Shown here in pieces: positions 52,027 through 61,019 of a stretch of DNA of 64,000 nucleotides; position 1 is the stretch's first letter; every line of letters begins with the position of its first letter. Origin of the DNA: an uncultured cyanobacterium (GTDB taxonomy: Bacteria; Cyanobacteriota; Cyanobacteriia; Cyanobacteriales; CAWCAG01). The DNA lies in NCBI GenBank assembly GCA_963793425.1, contig CAWCAG010000005.1:928001-992000 (forward strand), in the 5' to 3' direction. The position numbers and the translations under genes are program-made. Under the pieces are notes generated by a model that saw only the letters and a program-made list of their open reading frames with translations, was not told the origin of the DNA and did not search any database.

Positions 52027-52641
52027 ATGTTAAATAATCTTGATAATGACCCGGTATTTCCACCGGAACAAGTATTACAAAACCGAGGGCGCGTAGCTAT
52101 TTTTATTGATGGCTCTAACTTATTTTATGCAGCACTACAACTAGGTATTGAAATTGACTATACCAAACTGCTCTATAGAATAACCTCTGGTTCTCGGTTG
52201 CTCCGTTCTTTCTTTTATACTGGGGTAGATCGGACTAATGAAAAACAACAAGGATTTCTATTGTGGATGCGTCGCAATGGCTATCGAGTTATTGCCAAAG
52301 ATTTGGTACAGTTACCAGATGGCTCTAAAAAAGCCAACCTAGATGTAGAAATTGCTGTAGATATGATGGCTTTAGTTGGGGCTTATGATACGGCGGTTTT
52401 AGTCAGCGGTGATGGCGATTTAGCCTATGCTGTTGATGCTGTGAGTTATCGCGGTGCTAGGGTAGAAGTGGTAAGTTTGCGTTCTATGACCAGTGACAGC
52501 TTAATTAATGTTGCTGACAGATACATAGACTTAGATGATATTAAAAGCAGCATCCAAAAAAACAGCAAGCACAATGGTAGCTACAGCAGTTTTTCCGGTC
52601 TTGGTATTTTAGATAATCAAGACAAAACTCTTAGGGACTAA
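52027..52641 (+). CDS. LabA/DUF88 family NYN-domain protein
   Basis: FIDGSN, K.NLDVEIAVDM, SGDGD, ADRYIDL. Confidence 0.9.
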   Translation: MLNNLDNDPVFPPEQVLQNRGRVAIFIDGSNLFYAALQLGIEIDYTKLLYRITSGSRLLRSFFYTGVDRTNEKQQGFLLWMRRNGYRVIAKDLVQLPDGSKKANLDVEIAVDMMALVGAYDTAVLVSGDGDLAYAVDAVSYRGARVEVVSLRSMTSDSLINVADRYIDLDDIKSSIQKNSKHNGSYSSFSGLGILDNQDKTLRD

Positions 52642-52814
52642 GTTAACTTAATCGAAACAAACTTAGAGCCTAGGAAATCTGTGCTGTAGAATTTTATTCT
52701 TATTAATAAAAGTAGCAATATTTGCTCTTTCTGACACCACAATAATCTCAGCCTCATCATAGATTTTTCGATTAAGTTATACTTTGCTATTTGGCAAAAT
52801 AAATAGAATCTCAA

Positions 52815-53969
52815 GTGAAACAAACTTTCTTAGTTAGTTGGCTCGCTAAATCTGTTACTTTACTGCTGTTGTTTAGTCTTGCTAGTTGTAAACCAGAAGC
52901 TAAACAGCCAGCAGAAGTAGAACCTGTTGTTGGAAACAACACTTCCGAACCAGAAGATCGTTTAGTTATTAATAATGCCACTTTAGAAGAGGTGGATGAT
53001 AGTGGCAAAACTGTCTGGAAAATGAAGGCAGATAAAACTAGTTATAACGAGGATAATAAACTTGCTTTCTTAGAAAATCCGGCGGGGAATTTATATCAAG
53101 ATGGCAAAATTATCTTGCAGGTAAAAGCGAAAAAAGGTGAAGTTCAAGAAGACGGTAAGATAATTTTTTTAAGGGATAAAATTGAAGCTACTGATATTCG
53201 TAATAACCTTGTGTTTCGCGCAGATGAATTAGAGTGGCGACCAGAAGAAGACCTAGTAATTGTGAGGAAGAATCTTACAGCTAGCCGTCCGAAACAATTA
53301 GAAGTTGTAGCGACCGAGGGACGTTACAAAACTAAAACTCAAGAGTTAGATGTGGTCGGAAAAATTGCGGCTACAAGTTTTCAGGAAGCTTTGAAATTAC
53401 AAACTGAGCATTTGATTTGGCAAATTCCCCAAAAGAAACTTCTTGGGGACAAAAGGATTCAGATAGATCGCTATAAAGAAAAGGTGATTACAGAGCGAGT
53501 GGAAGCAGATAGTTCTCAATTAGATTTGCAAACTATGATCATAATTTTGACCAATAATGTTGAATTAAAATCTCTTTCTCCTCCTCTACAAGTTGCTTCT
53601 AATAATGCTATCTGGAACACAAAAGCACAAACGGTTATTTCTAATCAACCAATACAAGTTATTCATGAAACAGAACAAACAACTGTTACAGGGAACGAAG
53701 GCAAAATAGACTTAAAAGACGAAGTTGTCCGTTTGACTAATGGTGTCACAGGAACTAGTTCCCGCAATCAATCTAAGCTAGATGCCAATCAATTTTTTTG
53801 GGATATTCCTACTCAAAAAATTGAGGCCCAAGGTAATGTAGTTTATCAACGAACTAACCCTCCTGTGAAGACCAAAGGTGTCAAAGCAGTAGGACAACTT
53901 AATAGGGATAATGTCGTAGTTACAGGGGGAAATACCAAGGAAAGGGTGGTAACAGAGATTATTCCTTAA
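52815..53969 (+). CDS. lptC: LPS export periplasmic lipoprotein (cyanobacterial long LptC)
   Basis: Lipobox LASC; repeated beta-jellyroll segments. Confidence 0.75.
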   Translation: MKQTFLVSWLAKSVTLLLLFSLASCKPEAKQPAEVEPVVGNNTSEPEDRLVINNATLEEVDDSGKTVWKMKADKTSYNEDNKLAFLENPAGNLYQDGKIILQVKAKKGEVQEDGKIIFLRDKIEATDIRNNLVFRADELEWRPEEDLVIVRKNLTASRPKQLEVVATEGRYKTKTQELDVVGKIAATSFQEALKLQTEHLIWQIPQKKLLGDKRIQIDRYKEKVITERVEADSSQLDLQTMIIILTNNVELKSLSPPLQVASNNAIWNTKAQTVISNQPIQVIHETEQTTVTGNEGKIDLKDEVVRLTNGVTGTSSRNQSKLDANQFFWDIPTQKIEAQGNVVYQRTNPPVKTKGVKAVGQLNRDNVVVTGGNTKERVVTEIIP

Positions 53970-53987
53970 ATGGAGTTTGTTATTAAA

Positions 53988-55337
53988 TTAAAATAAAAAG
54001 CAAATAGCAATATACAATGCTGCAACTACAAGCTGCACAATCATTACAGGGATACCATATTTGATAAATTTACCAAAAGAAATACGACTACCGTGAAGCT
54101 CTGCTACCCCTGCTGCAACAATATTTGAAGATGCTCCCATCAAAGTACCGTTACCTCCCAATGTTGCCCCAAACATCATGGCATAGAACAAAGGCAAAAC
54201 TTCTGGAGGTAGTTGTCCTGTAAAGTCAGGGTTTAATACTTCAGCCCCCACTAAACCGACATTAACCAGATATTGCTTAAGCAAAGGAACCATTGCCACC
54301 ACTAAAGGAATATTCGGCACAATACTAGATAATAGACCTACCAAGACTAGTAAAACAAGAGAACCCAGAGCAATATTTTCACCTAAGATTACGGCTAATA
54401 AGGCTGAAATACTATCTAATATTCCTGTCTTTTCTAATCCGCCAATCAGGACAAAAGTTGACATAAAAAACAATAAAGTACTCCAGTCAACGTCCTTGAG
54501 TATATTGTTGACTGAATCGATTTTACTAAGATCGGCTAAGACTAAAGCTATGGCCGCCCCCAACAAAGCAACCGCAGCCGGTGAGATTGGCGTAGGTAAA
54601 GATTCACCGATGGCAAAAAAGGTTAGCACGACGATCATCAATAGTCCTCCTAACATCAGTACTCCGGGGTGATTGATTTTGGGATGGGGTAGGGTGTTTG
54701 TGTCTGCCAATTTCTTATGCCAGATACTACGAAACAACCAGGGAGCCATAATTAAAATTGAGCCAACAGCGATCGCCCCGCCCAAACTTAGCTTCATCAA
54801 ATAGTCATTGAAGCTTAAGTTAACCGCATCTCCTACAATGAAAGTAGCAGGATCGCCTACTAAGGTTAACAACCCTGCACTGTTTGCTACGAATACCATC
54901 AAAATTAGCAACGGTACAAAATCTACGCCAATTTCTTGGGCAATCGGTGGAATTAGAGGAGCTAGGAGCATAACGGTGGTAGCATTGGGTAGCACCGCGC
55001 AGATTGGAGTAGTAATAGCAATTACCCCCAGTACCAAGCGTTTCCCCTCTCCTTTGGCTAGTACTACCATCTGGGTAGCTAAATAGGCAAAGATATTAGT
55101 CGGCTCAAAAGCTCTAACTAAAATCATTACGCCTAAAAATAAAGCTAGGGTAGAATAACTCTGGCTGATATAGCCAATGGCTTGATTGAGAGTCATCACG
55201 TGAGCGAAAACTAAAACTAACGCTCCCAAAAACGCAGCTACAGTTAAATGTAATTGTTCCGTTAAGATGACTACAGTTACTACTGCAAAAGTAATGGCTG
55301 CTACTATGGCTGGTAAACTCGTAGGGGTTATCTCCAT
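53988..55337 (-). CDS. ArsB/NhaD-family (ion transporter superfamily) permease
   Basis: About 12 TM segments; LPNATTV, ANSAG..TLVGDP, VDWSTLLFF, LSS..PNIP, LGGNGT..GASSN. Confidence 0.85.
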   Translation of the reverse strand: MEITPTSLPAIVAAITFAVVTVVILTEQLHLTVAAFLGALVLVFAHVMTLNQAIGYISQSYSTLALFLGVMILVRAFEPTNIFAYLATQMVVLAKGEGKRLVLGVIAITTPICAVLPNATTVMLLAPLIPPIAQEIGVDFVPLLILMVFVANSAGLLTLVGDPATFIVGDAVNLSFNDYLMKLSLGGAIAVGSILIMAPWLFRSIWHKKLADTNTLPHPKINHPGVLMLGGLLMIVVLTFFAIGESLPTPISPAAVALLGAAIALVLADLSKIDSVNNILKDVDWSTLLFFMSTFVLIGGLEKTGILDSISALLAVILGENIALGSLVLLVLVGLLSSIVPNIPLVVAMVPLLKQYLVNVGLVGAEVLNPDFTGQLPPEVLPLFYAMMFGATLGGNGTLMGASSNIVAAGVAELHGSRISFGKFIKYGIPVMIVQLVVAALYIAICFLF

Positions 55338-55511
55338 AATTATTCCTAATTGAATGAATGGTGGTGCTAAAAAAAAGGCAGTCAGATGCAGTACTGGCTG
55401 TCTTAAGGGATGTTTTGAACTATTCTTATCAGAGACATTTACTGTTATTCACAGTAAGTATTAAAAAAGCTACGATTGGGTTTGAAGCAACCAGCTTAGC
55501 TTGTCTTGTTT

Positions 55512-55730
55512 TCAAGCTGGTTGCAGCAACTGAGGGCAACTGAGGCAGACAAAACGCCATTCGCTTCTTGTTTCTTTGATGGCAGGTTTAAAATAATGTC
55601 CTTCTGAAGGTTTGACTTTGAGAGTAGTAAAAGTAAAATAGGTATAGTCGCCAACTCGACATCCATAACCAACTATTGTGCCGACTGTTCCTGTGGTTTT
55701 ATGTTGAACAATATCTCCACCTTTAAATAT
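55512..55730 (-). CDS. Unannotated 72-aa small protein with non-canonical ATA/ATT start (or start-mutated pseudogene)
   Basis: AAGGAG at 55746-41, then (I)FKGGDIVQHKTTGTVGTIVGYGCRVGDYTYFTFTTLKVKPSEGHYFKPAIKETRSEWRFVCLSCPQLLQPA-TGA; beta-barrel-like pattern. Confidence 0.55.
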   Translation of the reverse strand: MFKGGDIVQHKTTGTVGTIVGYGCRVGDYTYFTFTTLKVKPSEGHYFKPAIKETRSEWRFVCLSCPQLLQPA

Positions 55731-55855
55731 AATCTAAAGTCTCCTTGGTAACTGGTTGCAGGACAGCGATCGCTGATTGAAAATTTTTGTTTCAAATCAG
55801 CAAAAGTAATCCTGCTATAGGTGTAGAGAGCAGTTAGTAACTAAGGATAGTGATG

Positions 55856-55883
55856 AAAACAATACTAAAAATCTCAGTATTGC
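55856..55883 (-). terminator. Riboswitch expression-platform terminator
   Basis: Minus strand GCAATACT-GAGATTTTT-AGTATTGT-TTT just 3' of the aptamer. Confidence 0.6.
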
Positions 55884-55892
55884 TTCTTCAAT

Positions 55893-56028
55893 CTCCTCTC
55901 AATGCCGACGAGGTTAGCTGACGGGCTAGGACTGAGAGATGTCCCTTTCTATTTTACCTAGAAATAAGCCCCTAAATCGGTTCCCCCGCTTCTGTGTTTA
56001 ATCACAAAACTAGGCTGACTGGTACTCT
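55893..56028 (-). ncRNA. c-di-AMP riboswitch (ydaO/yuaA leader)
   Basis: Minus strand GCGGGGGAACCG...TAGGGGC...AAAGGGAC...GTCCTAGCCCGTCAGCTAACCTCGTCGGC contains the hallmark ydaO blocks in order. Confidence 0.88.
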
Positions 56029-56048
56029 ATTTTTATTTGTGCTAAGGA

Positions 56049-56079
56049 ATTATACATCAATATTGTCAAAATTGACAAT
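56049..56079 (-). promoter_or_regulatory. Sigma70-type promoter overlapped by a palindrome
   Basis: Minus strand TTGTCA-18 nt-TATAAT; ATTGTCAA-AA-TTGACAAT at 56062-79. Confidence 0.6.
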
Positions 56080-56130
56080 TACATAAAAGCTTGAACCGAA
56101 GATGAAATTATCAGGAAGCAGAACCCGCCC

Positions 56131-57429
56131 CTATCTTAAATTCCGTTGAGGATTACCGAGAAACTCTTCTCCACTAGCAACAGAAGGGTCAGGAATGGGG
56201 GCTGTTCCCCAGTTTTGAGCTAATTTTTGTAATAGCCAATCTTGTTGGTCACGGAAGGCGATAGGACCGATGTTGCCGTTGTTGATAATTGCGAAAGCAA
56301 CCATACCGCGATCGCGAGTAGGAAATATCCCGGCTAAAGCGCTAACTTGATTGAGAGTTCCGGTTTTAAAAGCCGTACCGGTGGGAATCTCGCGACCAAT
56401 CACTGTTCCCAACTTATCTCTTCCTGCCACAGGAAAAAGATCAAAAATAGTTAAAGGTTGTGGTTCTAACTTCTCTTCAATAGCTAACAACATGGCACAG
56501 ACAGCACGGGGAGAAATACGATTGTCTACCCCTAAACCGGAACCATTAATTAATTGAATTTCTTTTTGGGGTACATTAGCCAACTCTGCTGCTAATTGGG
56601 CTACTTCTTCTGCACCCCCCACAGATTCTGCTAAAACCTCAGCCATAGCATTATTGCTATAAATATTCATCTGTTTAAGAATTTGTGCCAAACTCACAGA
56701 TTGGTGACGTAACAACAAGTTTGCCAAGCTACTTTGTTCTACTTCAGCTAAGCTTTCTTGAATTACTACATTCCCGGCAATTTTTAAATTAGGGCGTTTG
56801 CTTCCTACAGGCATTAAAGAATAAGAATAAGTAGCATCTCGATTCCAACTAGCTTCATCAAAAGCAACTTTAAGAGATTCACCTCCAATTTGAGGATTGG
56901 GGTAATAATTCATATAAAAATCTCCCACAATCACTAAATTCCCTGCTACTTCGCGAATACCCATCTCATTTAAGACATTTCCTAGGGCGATCGCTTCTTC
57001 CCAAACAAAGAAAGGATCACCCCCTCCTTCAATAATCAGATCCCCTTGTAAAACCCCATTCTCAATTTCTCCGATGGTATGAATCAGGGTTTCAAATTGA
57101 TATTCATGGCCCCATTTATGCAAAGCGGCTAAAGTTGTCGCAATTTTGGTTAAAGAAGCTGCCGAAAGAGGAATAGTACCTTGGCGATCTAAAAGTAACT
57201 TCCACCCAGACTCCATCCAAACACCTTGGCTATTCGGATTAGCACCCCTTTCAGTTAAAGTTTTCAGGTACTGTTCAAGATTTTGCTCTGCTTGAGGATC
57301 TGGATCTGTCAAAGAAAACAAATCTGCTTCTTGCCAAGCAAGCAATCGGGCAGTTTCCATCTGTGCTGGCTCTTGACCCAAAATATTCATCAAAAAACTG
57401 ATTAAACTAGCTCCGACTACTTCTAGCAC
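56131..57429 (-). CDS. dacB: D-Ala-D-Ala carboxypeptidase/endopeptidase (peptidase S13, PBP4)
   Basis: ASLTK, GGGDP, SNN, NGSGL, KTGTL. Confidence 0.85.
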   Translation of the reverse strand: MLEVVGASLISFLMNILGQEPAQMETARLLAWQEADLFSLTDPDPQAEQNLEQYLKTLTERGANPNSQGVWMESGWKLLLDRQGTIPLSAASLTKIATTLAALHKWGHEYQFETLIHTIGEIENGVLQGDLIIEGGGDPFFVWEEAIALGNVLNEMGIREVAGNLVIVGDFYMNYYPNPQIGGESLKVAFDEASWNRDATYSYSLMPVGSKRPNLKIAGNVVIQESLAEVEQSSLANLLLRHQSVSLAQILKQMNIYSNNAMAEVLAESVGGAEEVAQLAAELANVPQKEIQLINGSGLGVDNRISPRAVCAMLLAIEEKLEPQPLTIFDLFPVAGRDKLGTVIGREIPTGTAFKTGTLNQVSALAGIFPTRDRGMVAFAIINNGNIGPIAFRDQQDWLLQKLAQNWGTAPIPDPSVASGEEFLGNPQRNLR

Positions 57430-57589
57430 TCTTAATTTCCTCCCAACTAGAGTTAACTTTATACAGGTTTTTGTTCTTTTGGAACAGTCTCTAGGTTATG
57501 GTTTACCTATCCATAAGTCCTAATCCGTAATTAATCATTGTCTGGTTCATTAATTATTCACGACTTGGCTAGAATCCAAGGAAGTTTTT

Positions 57590-57649
57590 GATGTTTAATG
57601 TTCAATGTAGCCTACGGCAAGGCTTACGCCAACAATGTTTAATGTTCAA
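57590..57649. repeat. AATGTT(T/C) STRR tract with an inserted small dispersed repeat
   Basis: GTAGCCTACGGCAAGGCTTACGCCAAC (57607-33) is the reverse complement of the 40961 element; flanked by AATGTTTAATGTTC. Confidence 0.75.
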
Positions 57650-57693
57650 GGGCTTGGTGTTAAAATCTTTAAGGTTTATATCAATTTGATTCA

Positions 57694-58755
57694 ATGGGAT
57701 CGACTCGCGCAAGAATTGCAGTAGACGCTATGGGGGGGGACTACGCCCCCGACGAAATTGTTGCTGGCGCTCTCAGGGCAGCAGAAGAGTTAGATGTGGA
57801 CATTATTTTGGTTGGCGAACCAGAACTTATTCAAGCATCTATAGAGCAACATACCAACTCCAGCCCTCTGGAGATTGTACCTGCTGAGGGGGCGATCGCT
57901 ATGCACGAAGAAGCTTTAGTTGGGGTTCGCCGCAAGCCAAAAGCTTCCATTAACGTGGCCATGAAGTTGGTGAAGCAAAAACAAGCTGATGCTGTCGTCT
58001 CGGCGGGGCATTCTGGGGCTGCTATGGCTTCTGCTTTGCTACGCTTAGGCAGAATAAAAGGCATTGATCGTCCGGCGATCGGGGCTTTATTCCCTACTCT
58101 CAGGGCTGATAAATCTGTGATTGTTTTAGATGTTGGGGCCAATGTTGACTGTCGCCCTAAATACCTAGAACAGTTCGCTCTGATGGGAACAGTTTATAGC
58201 CAGTATGTGATGGGCGTAACCGAACCGAAAGTTGGGTTGCTCAATATTGGTGAAGAACCTTCTAAGGGTAACGATTTAGCTTTACGGAGTTATGAATTAT
58301 TAGAAAAAAATCCCCACGTTCGTTTTGTGGGTAATGCCGAAGGGAGGGATGTTCTTTCTGGGGAGTTTGACGTTATTGTTTGCGATGGCTTTGCGGGCAA
58401 CGTCTTACTCAAATTTGCTGAAGCAGTAGGAGATATTGTCCTGCAAATTCTTAAAGAAGAATTACCCCAAGGAGTTAGAGGACAAATAGGGGCAGCTTTA
58501 TTAAAGCCAAATCTGAAAAGAATTAAGCAACGTATTGATCATGCAGAACACGGCGGAGGCTTACTTTTAGGGGTAGCGGGGATTTGTATTATCAGCCACG
58601 GTAGTTCCCAAGCCCCAACCATTTTCAACGCCATTCGTTTAGCCCAAGAAGCCATTGACAACGGAGTTTTAGAGCAAATCAAATCATCTCAAGAAAGAAT
58701 TGTGGGAAACAGTAAAGTCAAGTCAAAAACGGCTTCAAAAAATCAGCCATCATAG
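57694..58755 (+). CDS. plsX: Phosphate acyltransferase
   Basis: IAVDAMGGD, SAGHSGA, LDVGAN, CDGFAGN, SHGSS. Confidence 0.96.
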   Translation: MGSTRARIAVDAMGGDYAPDEIVAGALRAAEELDVDIILVGEPELIQASIEQHTNSSPLEIVPAEGAIAMHEEALVGVRRKPKASINVAMKLVKQKQADAVVSAGHSGAAMASALLRLGRIKGIDRPAIGALFPTLRADKSVIVLDVGANVDCRPKYLEQFALMGTVYSQYVMGVTEPKVGLLNIGEEPSKGNDLALRSYELLEKNPHVRFVGNAEGRDVLSGEFDVIVCDGFAGNVLLKFAEAVGDIVLQILKEELPQGVRGQIGAALLKPNLKRIKQRIDHAEHGGGLLLGVAGICIISHGSSQAPTIFNAIRLAQEAIDNGVLEQIKSSQERIVGNSKVKSKTASKNQPS

Positions 58756-58813
58756 GGAATTTTAAAGCTAAGATTTTGAATTTTCTATAGCCAGAAATCG
58801 CAGGAGAAAAGTT

Positions 58814-59824
58814 TTGAAACAATTTGGGGCAGGCATCAAAATAATCGGTAGCGGCTCTGCGGCTCCTCTAACAGCCTTGGACAATGAAGAACTCTCTCAG
58901 ATGGTGGAAACCTCTGATGAGTGGATTAGAAGTCGTACAGGCATTGCTCAGCGCTGTTTAGCAACTCCTGAAGAGTCTCTAAGTTCCATCGCTGCCAAAG
59001 CTGCAAATCAAGCTTTAAACATGGCAGGTATTGAAGCAAAAAAGCTTGACTTGATTATTTTAGCCACATCAAGTCCTGATGATTTATTTGGTAGCGCCTG
59101 TGAAATTCAAACTCAAATTGGTGCGACTAAAGCTGTTGCTTTTGATTTAACGGCGGCTTGCTCTGGATTTATTTTCGCCTTAATTACAGCCTCACAATTT
59201 ATTCGTACCGGAGTTTACCAAAATATTCTCGTGATTGGTGCTGATATTCTCTCACGATGGGTAGATTGGTCAGATCGCAGTACTTGTATCCTTTTTGGTG
59301 ATGGGGCTGGGGCTGTGGTGATACAAGGAAATACAGAAGCAGATGATTTACTTGGCTTTGAAATGCGTAGTGATGGCAGCCAAAATTACACCTTAAAACT
59401 AGGTTATCAAGGAACTCCTCAAACTTTAAATGAGCGAGTCTCTGTGGCACAAGGAGGCTATCAACCTATTACCATGAATGGTCGCGAAGTCTATCGTTTT
59501 GCGGTCGAAAAAGTACCGGAGGTTATTAGTAAAGCTCTGTTTAAAGCTAATTTGGAAGCAGCGCAAGTAGACTGGCTTTTATTGCACCAAGCTAACCAAA
59601 GAATTCTCAATGCAGTAGCAAAACGTTTAAAGATTAAACCAGAAAAAGTGATTAGTAATCTCGCTAATTATGGTAATACTTCCGCCGCTTCTATTCCCCT
59701 AGCTTTGGATGAAGCTGTGCGGGAAGGCAAAATTAAATCAGGAGATGTTATTGCTGCTTCTGGTTTCGGTGCAGGATTGACTTGGGGGGCGGCGATTTTT
59801 AAGTGGGGTGGGGTGTTTAAGTAA
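58814..59824 (+). CDS. fabH: Beta-ketoacyl-ACP synthase III
   Basis: AACSGF, FGDGAGA, HQAN, GNTSAAS, GFGAG. Confidence 0.96.
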   Translation: MKQFGAGIKIIGSGSAAPLTALDNEELSQMVETSDEWIRSRTGIAQRCLATPEESLSSIAAKAANQALNMAGIEAKKLDLIILATSSPDDLFGSACEIQTQIGATKAVAFDLTAACSGFIFALITASQFIRTGVYQNILVIGADILSRWVDWSDRSTCILFGDGAGAVVIQGNTEADDLLGFEMRSDGSQNYTLKLGYQGTPQTLNERVSVAQGGYQPITMNGREVYRFAVEKVPEVISKALFKANLEAAQVDWLLLHQANQRILNAVAKRLKIKPEKVISNLANYGNTSAASIPLALDEAVREGKIKSGDVIAASGFGAGLTWGAAIFKWGGVFK

Positions 59825-59851
59825 TAGGTAATAGGTAATAGGTGGAGATTT

Positions 59852-60478
59852 TTGCTACTTACTGAACGTCAGGCAAATAGAGTAGTTTTATATGATATTA
59901 GCTGGCAACAGTTTAATCATATAATTGATAACTTGGGGGAAAGTCGTGGCGCGAGAGTGGCTTATGACCGAGGGGTTTTGGAAATAATGAATCCTTTGCC
60001 GGAACATGAATATTATAAAGAAGTATTTAGTGAAGCGATTAAAGAAACGAGTAAGGTTTTAGACATCAATTATGAAAGTTTGGGTTCTACTACCTGGAGA
60101 AAAGAAAGTAGCTTAGCAGGGGTGGAAGCAGATAATTGTTTTTATTTCCAAAACGAAGCTTTAGTTAGGGGAAAATTAGAATTTGACCTGGATGAAGATC
60201 CTCCCCCTGATTTGGTTTTGGAAATTGATTTAACAAGCAAGTCTTTAAGCCGCTTTCCTATTTATGCTCGTTTAGGAGTGCCAGAAATTTGGTGTTACAA
60301 CATAGGAAATTTGTTGGTTTATCAACTAAAAGATCAAGAGTATATTGAAGTAGAAATAAGCTCTGTTTTCCCTATGTTAAAAGTACAGGATTTACCAGCA
60401 ATTATCGAAGAAAATCGTTCAGCAGGAAGAAGAGCAATTCATCGAGCTGTGAGGGAATGGGCAAGTAGGAATACATAG
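59852..60478 (+). CDS. Uma2 family (PD-D/ExK-like) endonuclease domain protein
   Basis: SWQQF...LEIM.P..EHE...EAD.CFY...PPPDLVLEIDLTS...YARLGVPEIW. Confidence 0.88.
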   Translation: MLLTERQANRVVLYDISWQQFNHIIDNLGESRGARVAYDRGVLEIMNPLPEHEYYKEVFSEAIKETSKVLDINYESLGSTTWRKESSLAGVEADNCFYFQNEALVRGKLEFDLDEDPPPDLVLEIDLTSKSLSRFPIYARLGVPEIWCYNIGNLLVYQLKDQEYIEVEISSVFPMLKVQDLPAIIEENRSAGRRAIHRAVREWASRNT

Positions 60479-61019
60479 CTTAGAGGGGATGATGGCATTC
60501 TTATGCTATTTAAACAGGATTTGGTATGACTGAGAGCGAATAGCTTGATATTAATAACCGGATTTGGTATTGCAAGAATAGGTTTTTAACATTTCCCTTA
60601 CCTGAAAAAGCCGTATTTGTCAAAAAAACTTTGAAAATCCCCTCAAAATTTGTGCAGCCAAGGACTTGAGCTAGCTATGATTTTGAGGTAAAACAGTGGC
60701 TTAATTAACGATTTATCTAAGTTGTAGAGATTGAAGCTTAATTTTAGACATAAGTATAGAAGCATTATTTTTTAATTTTTCTATTAAACCACACAAATGC
60801 GTTGTTTGGGAAGTTTTTTTGGGCTTGACAAATTTTAAATTGAAGTTATGTAAATTCAAAAGATTTAATAGCAAACTGTATTTACTCAAACTATTACTTA
60901 TCTTATTGCCTTGCTTCGATTGCACATCAAACCTCTTTATTTTTGTACCTAATAATTCCTGGATTGACCCTCACTCTTTTTTCTTGCTAGGATTAGATTC
61001 TAGATGGAGAAATTTTTGT

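Noticed and set aside
55358..55543. 61-aa plus-strand ORF
   Set aside because: Antisense to the riboswitch-controlled unit, with no RBS or recognisable motif
18362..59450. Many short antisense or alternate-frame ORFs inside rsgA, dnaJ, dnaK, pilB/T/C, pst genes, kinases, plsX and fabH
   Set aside because: Nested in or largely overlapping well-supported genes and lacking motifs; expected shadow ORFs
60713..61019. 70-aa minus ORF and the N-terminal extension of the macrodomain ORF
   Set aside because: Low-complexity AT-rich translations with no recognisable family; TTG 61020 with GGAG fits better
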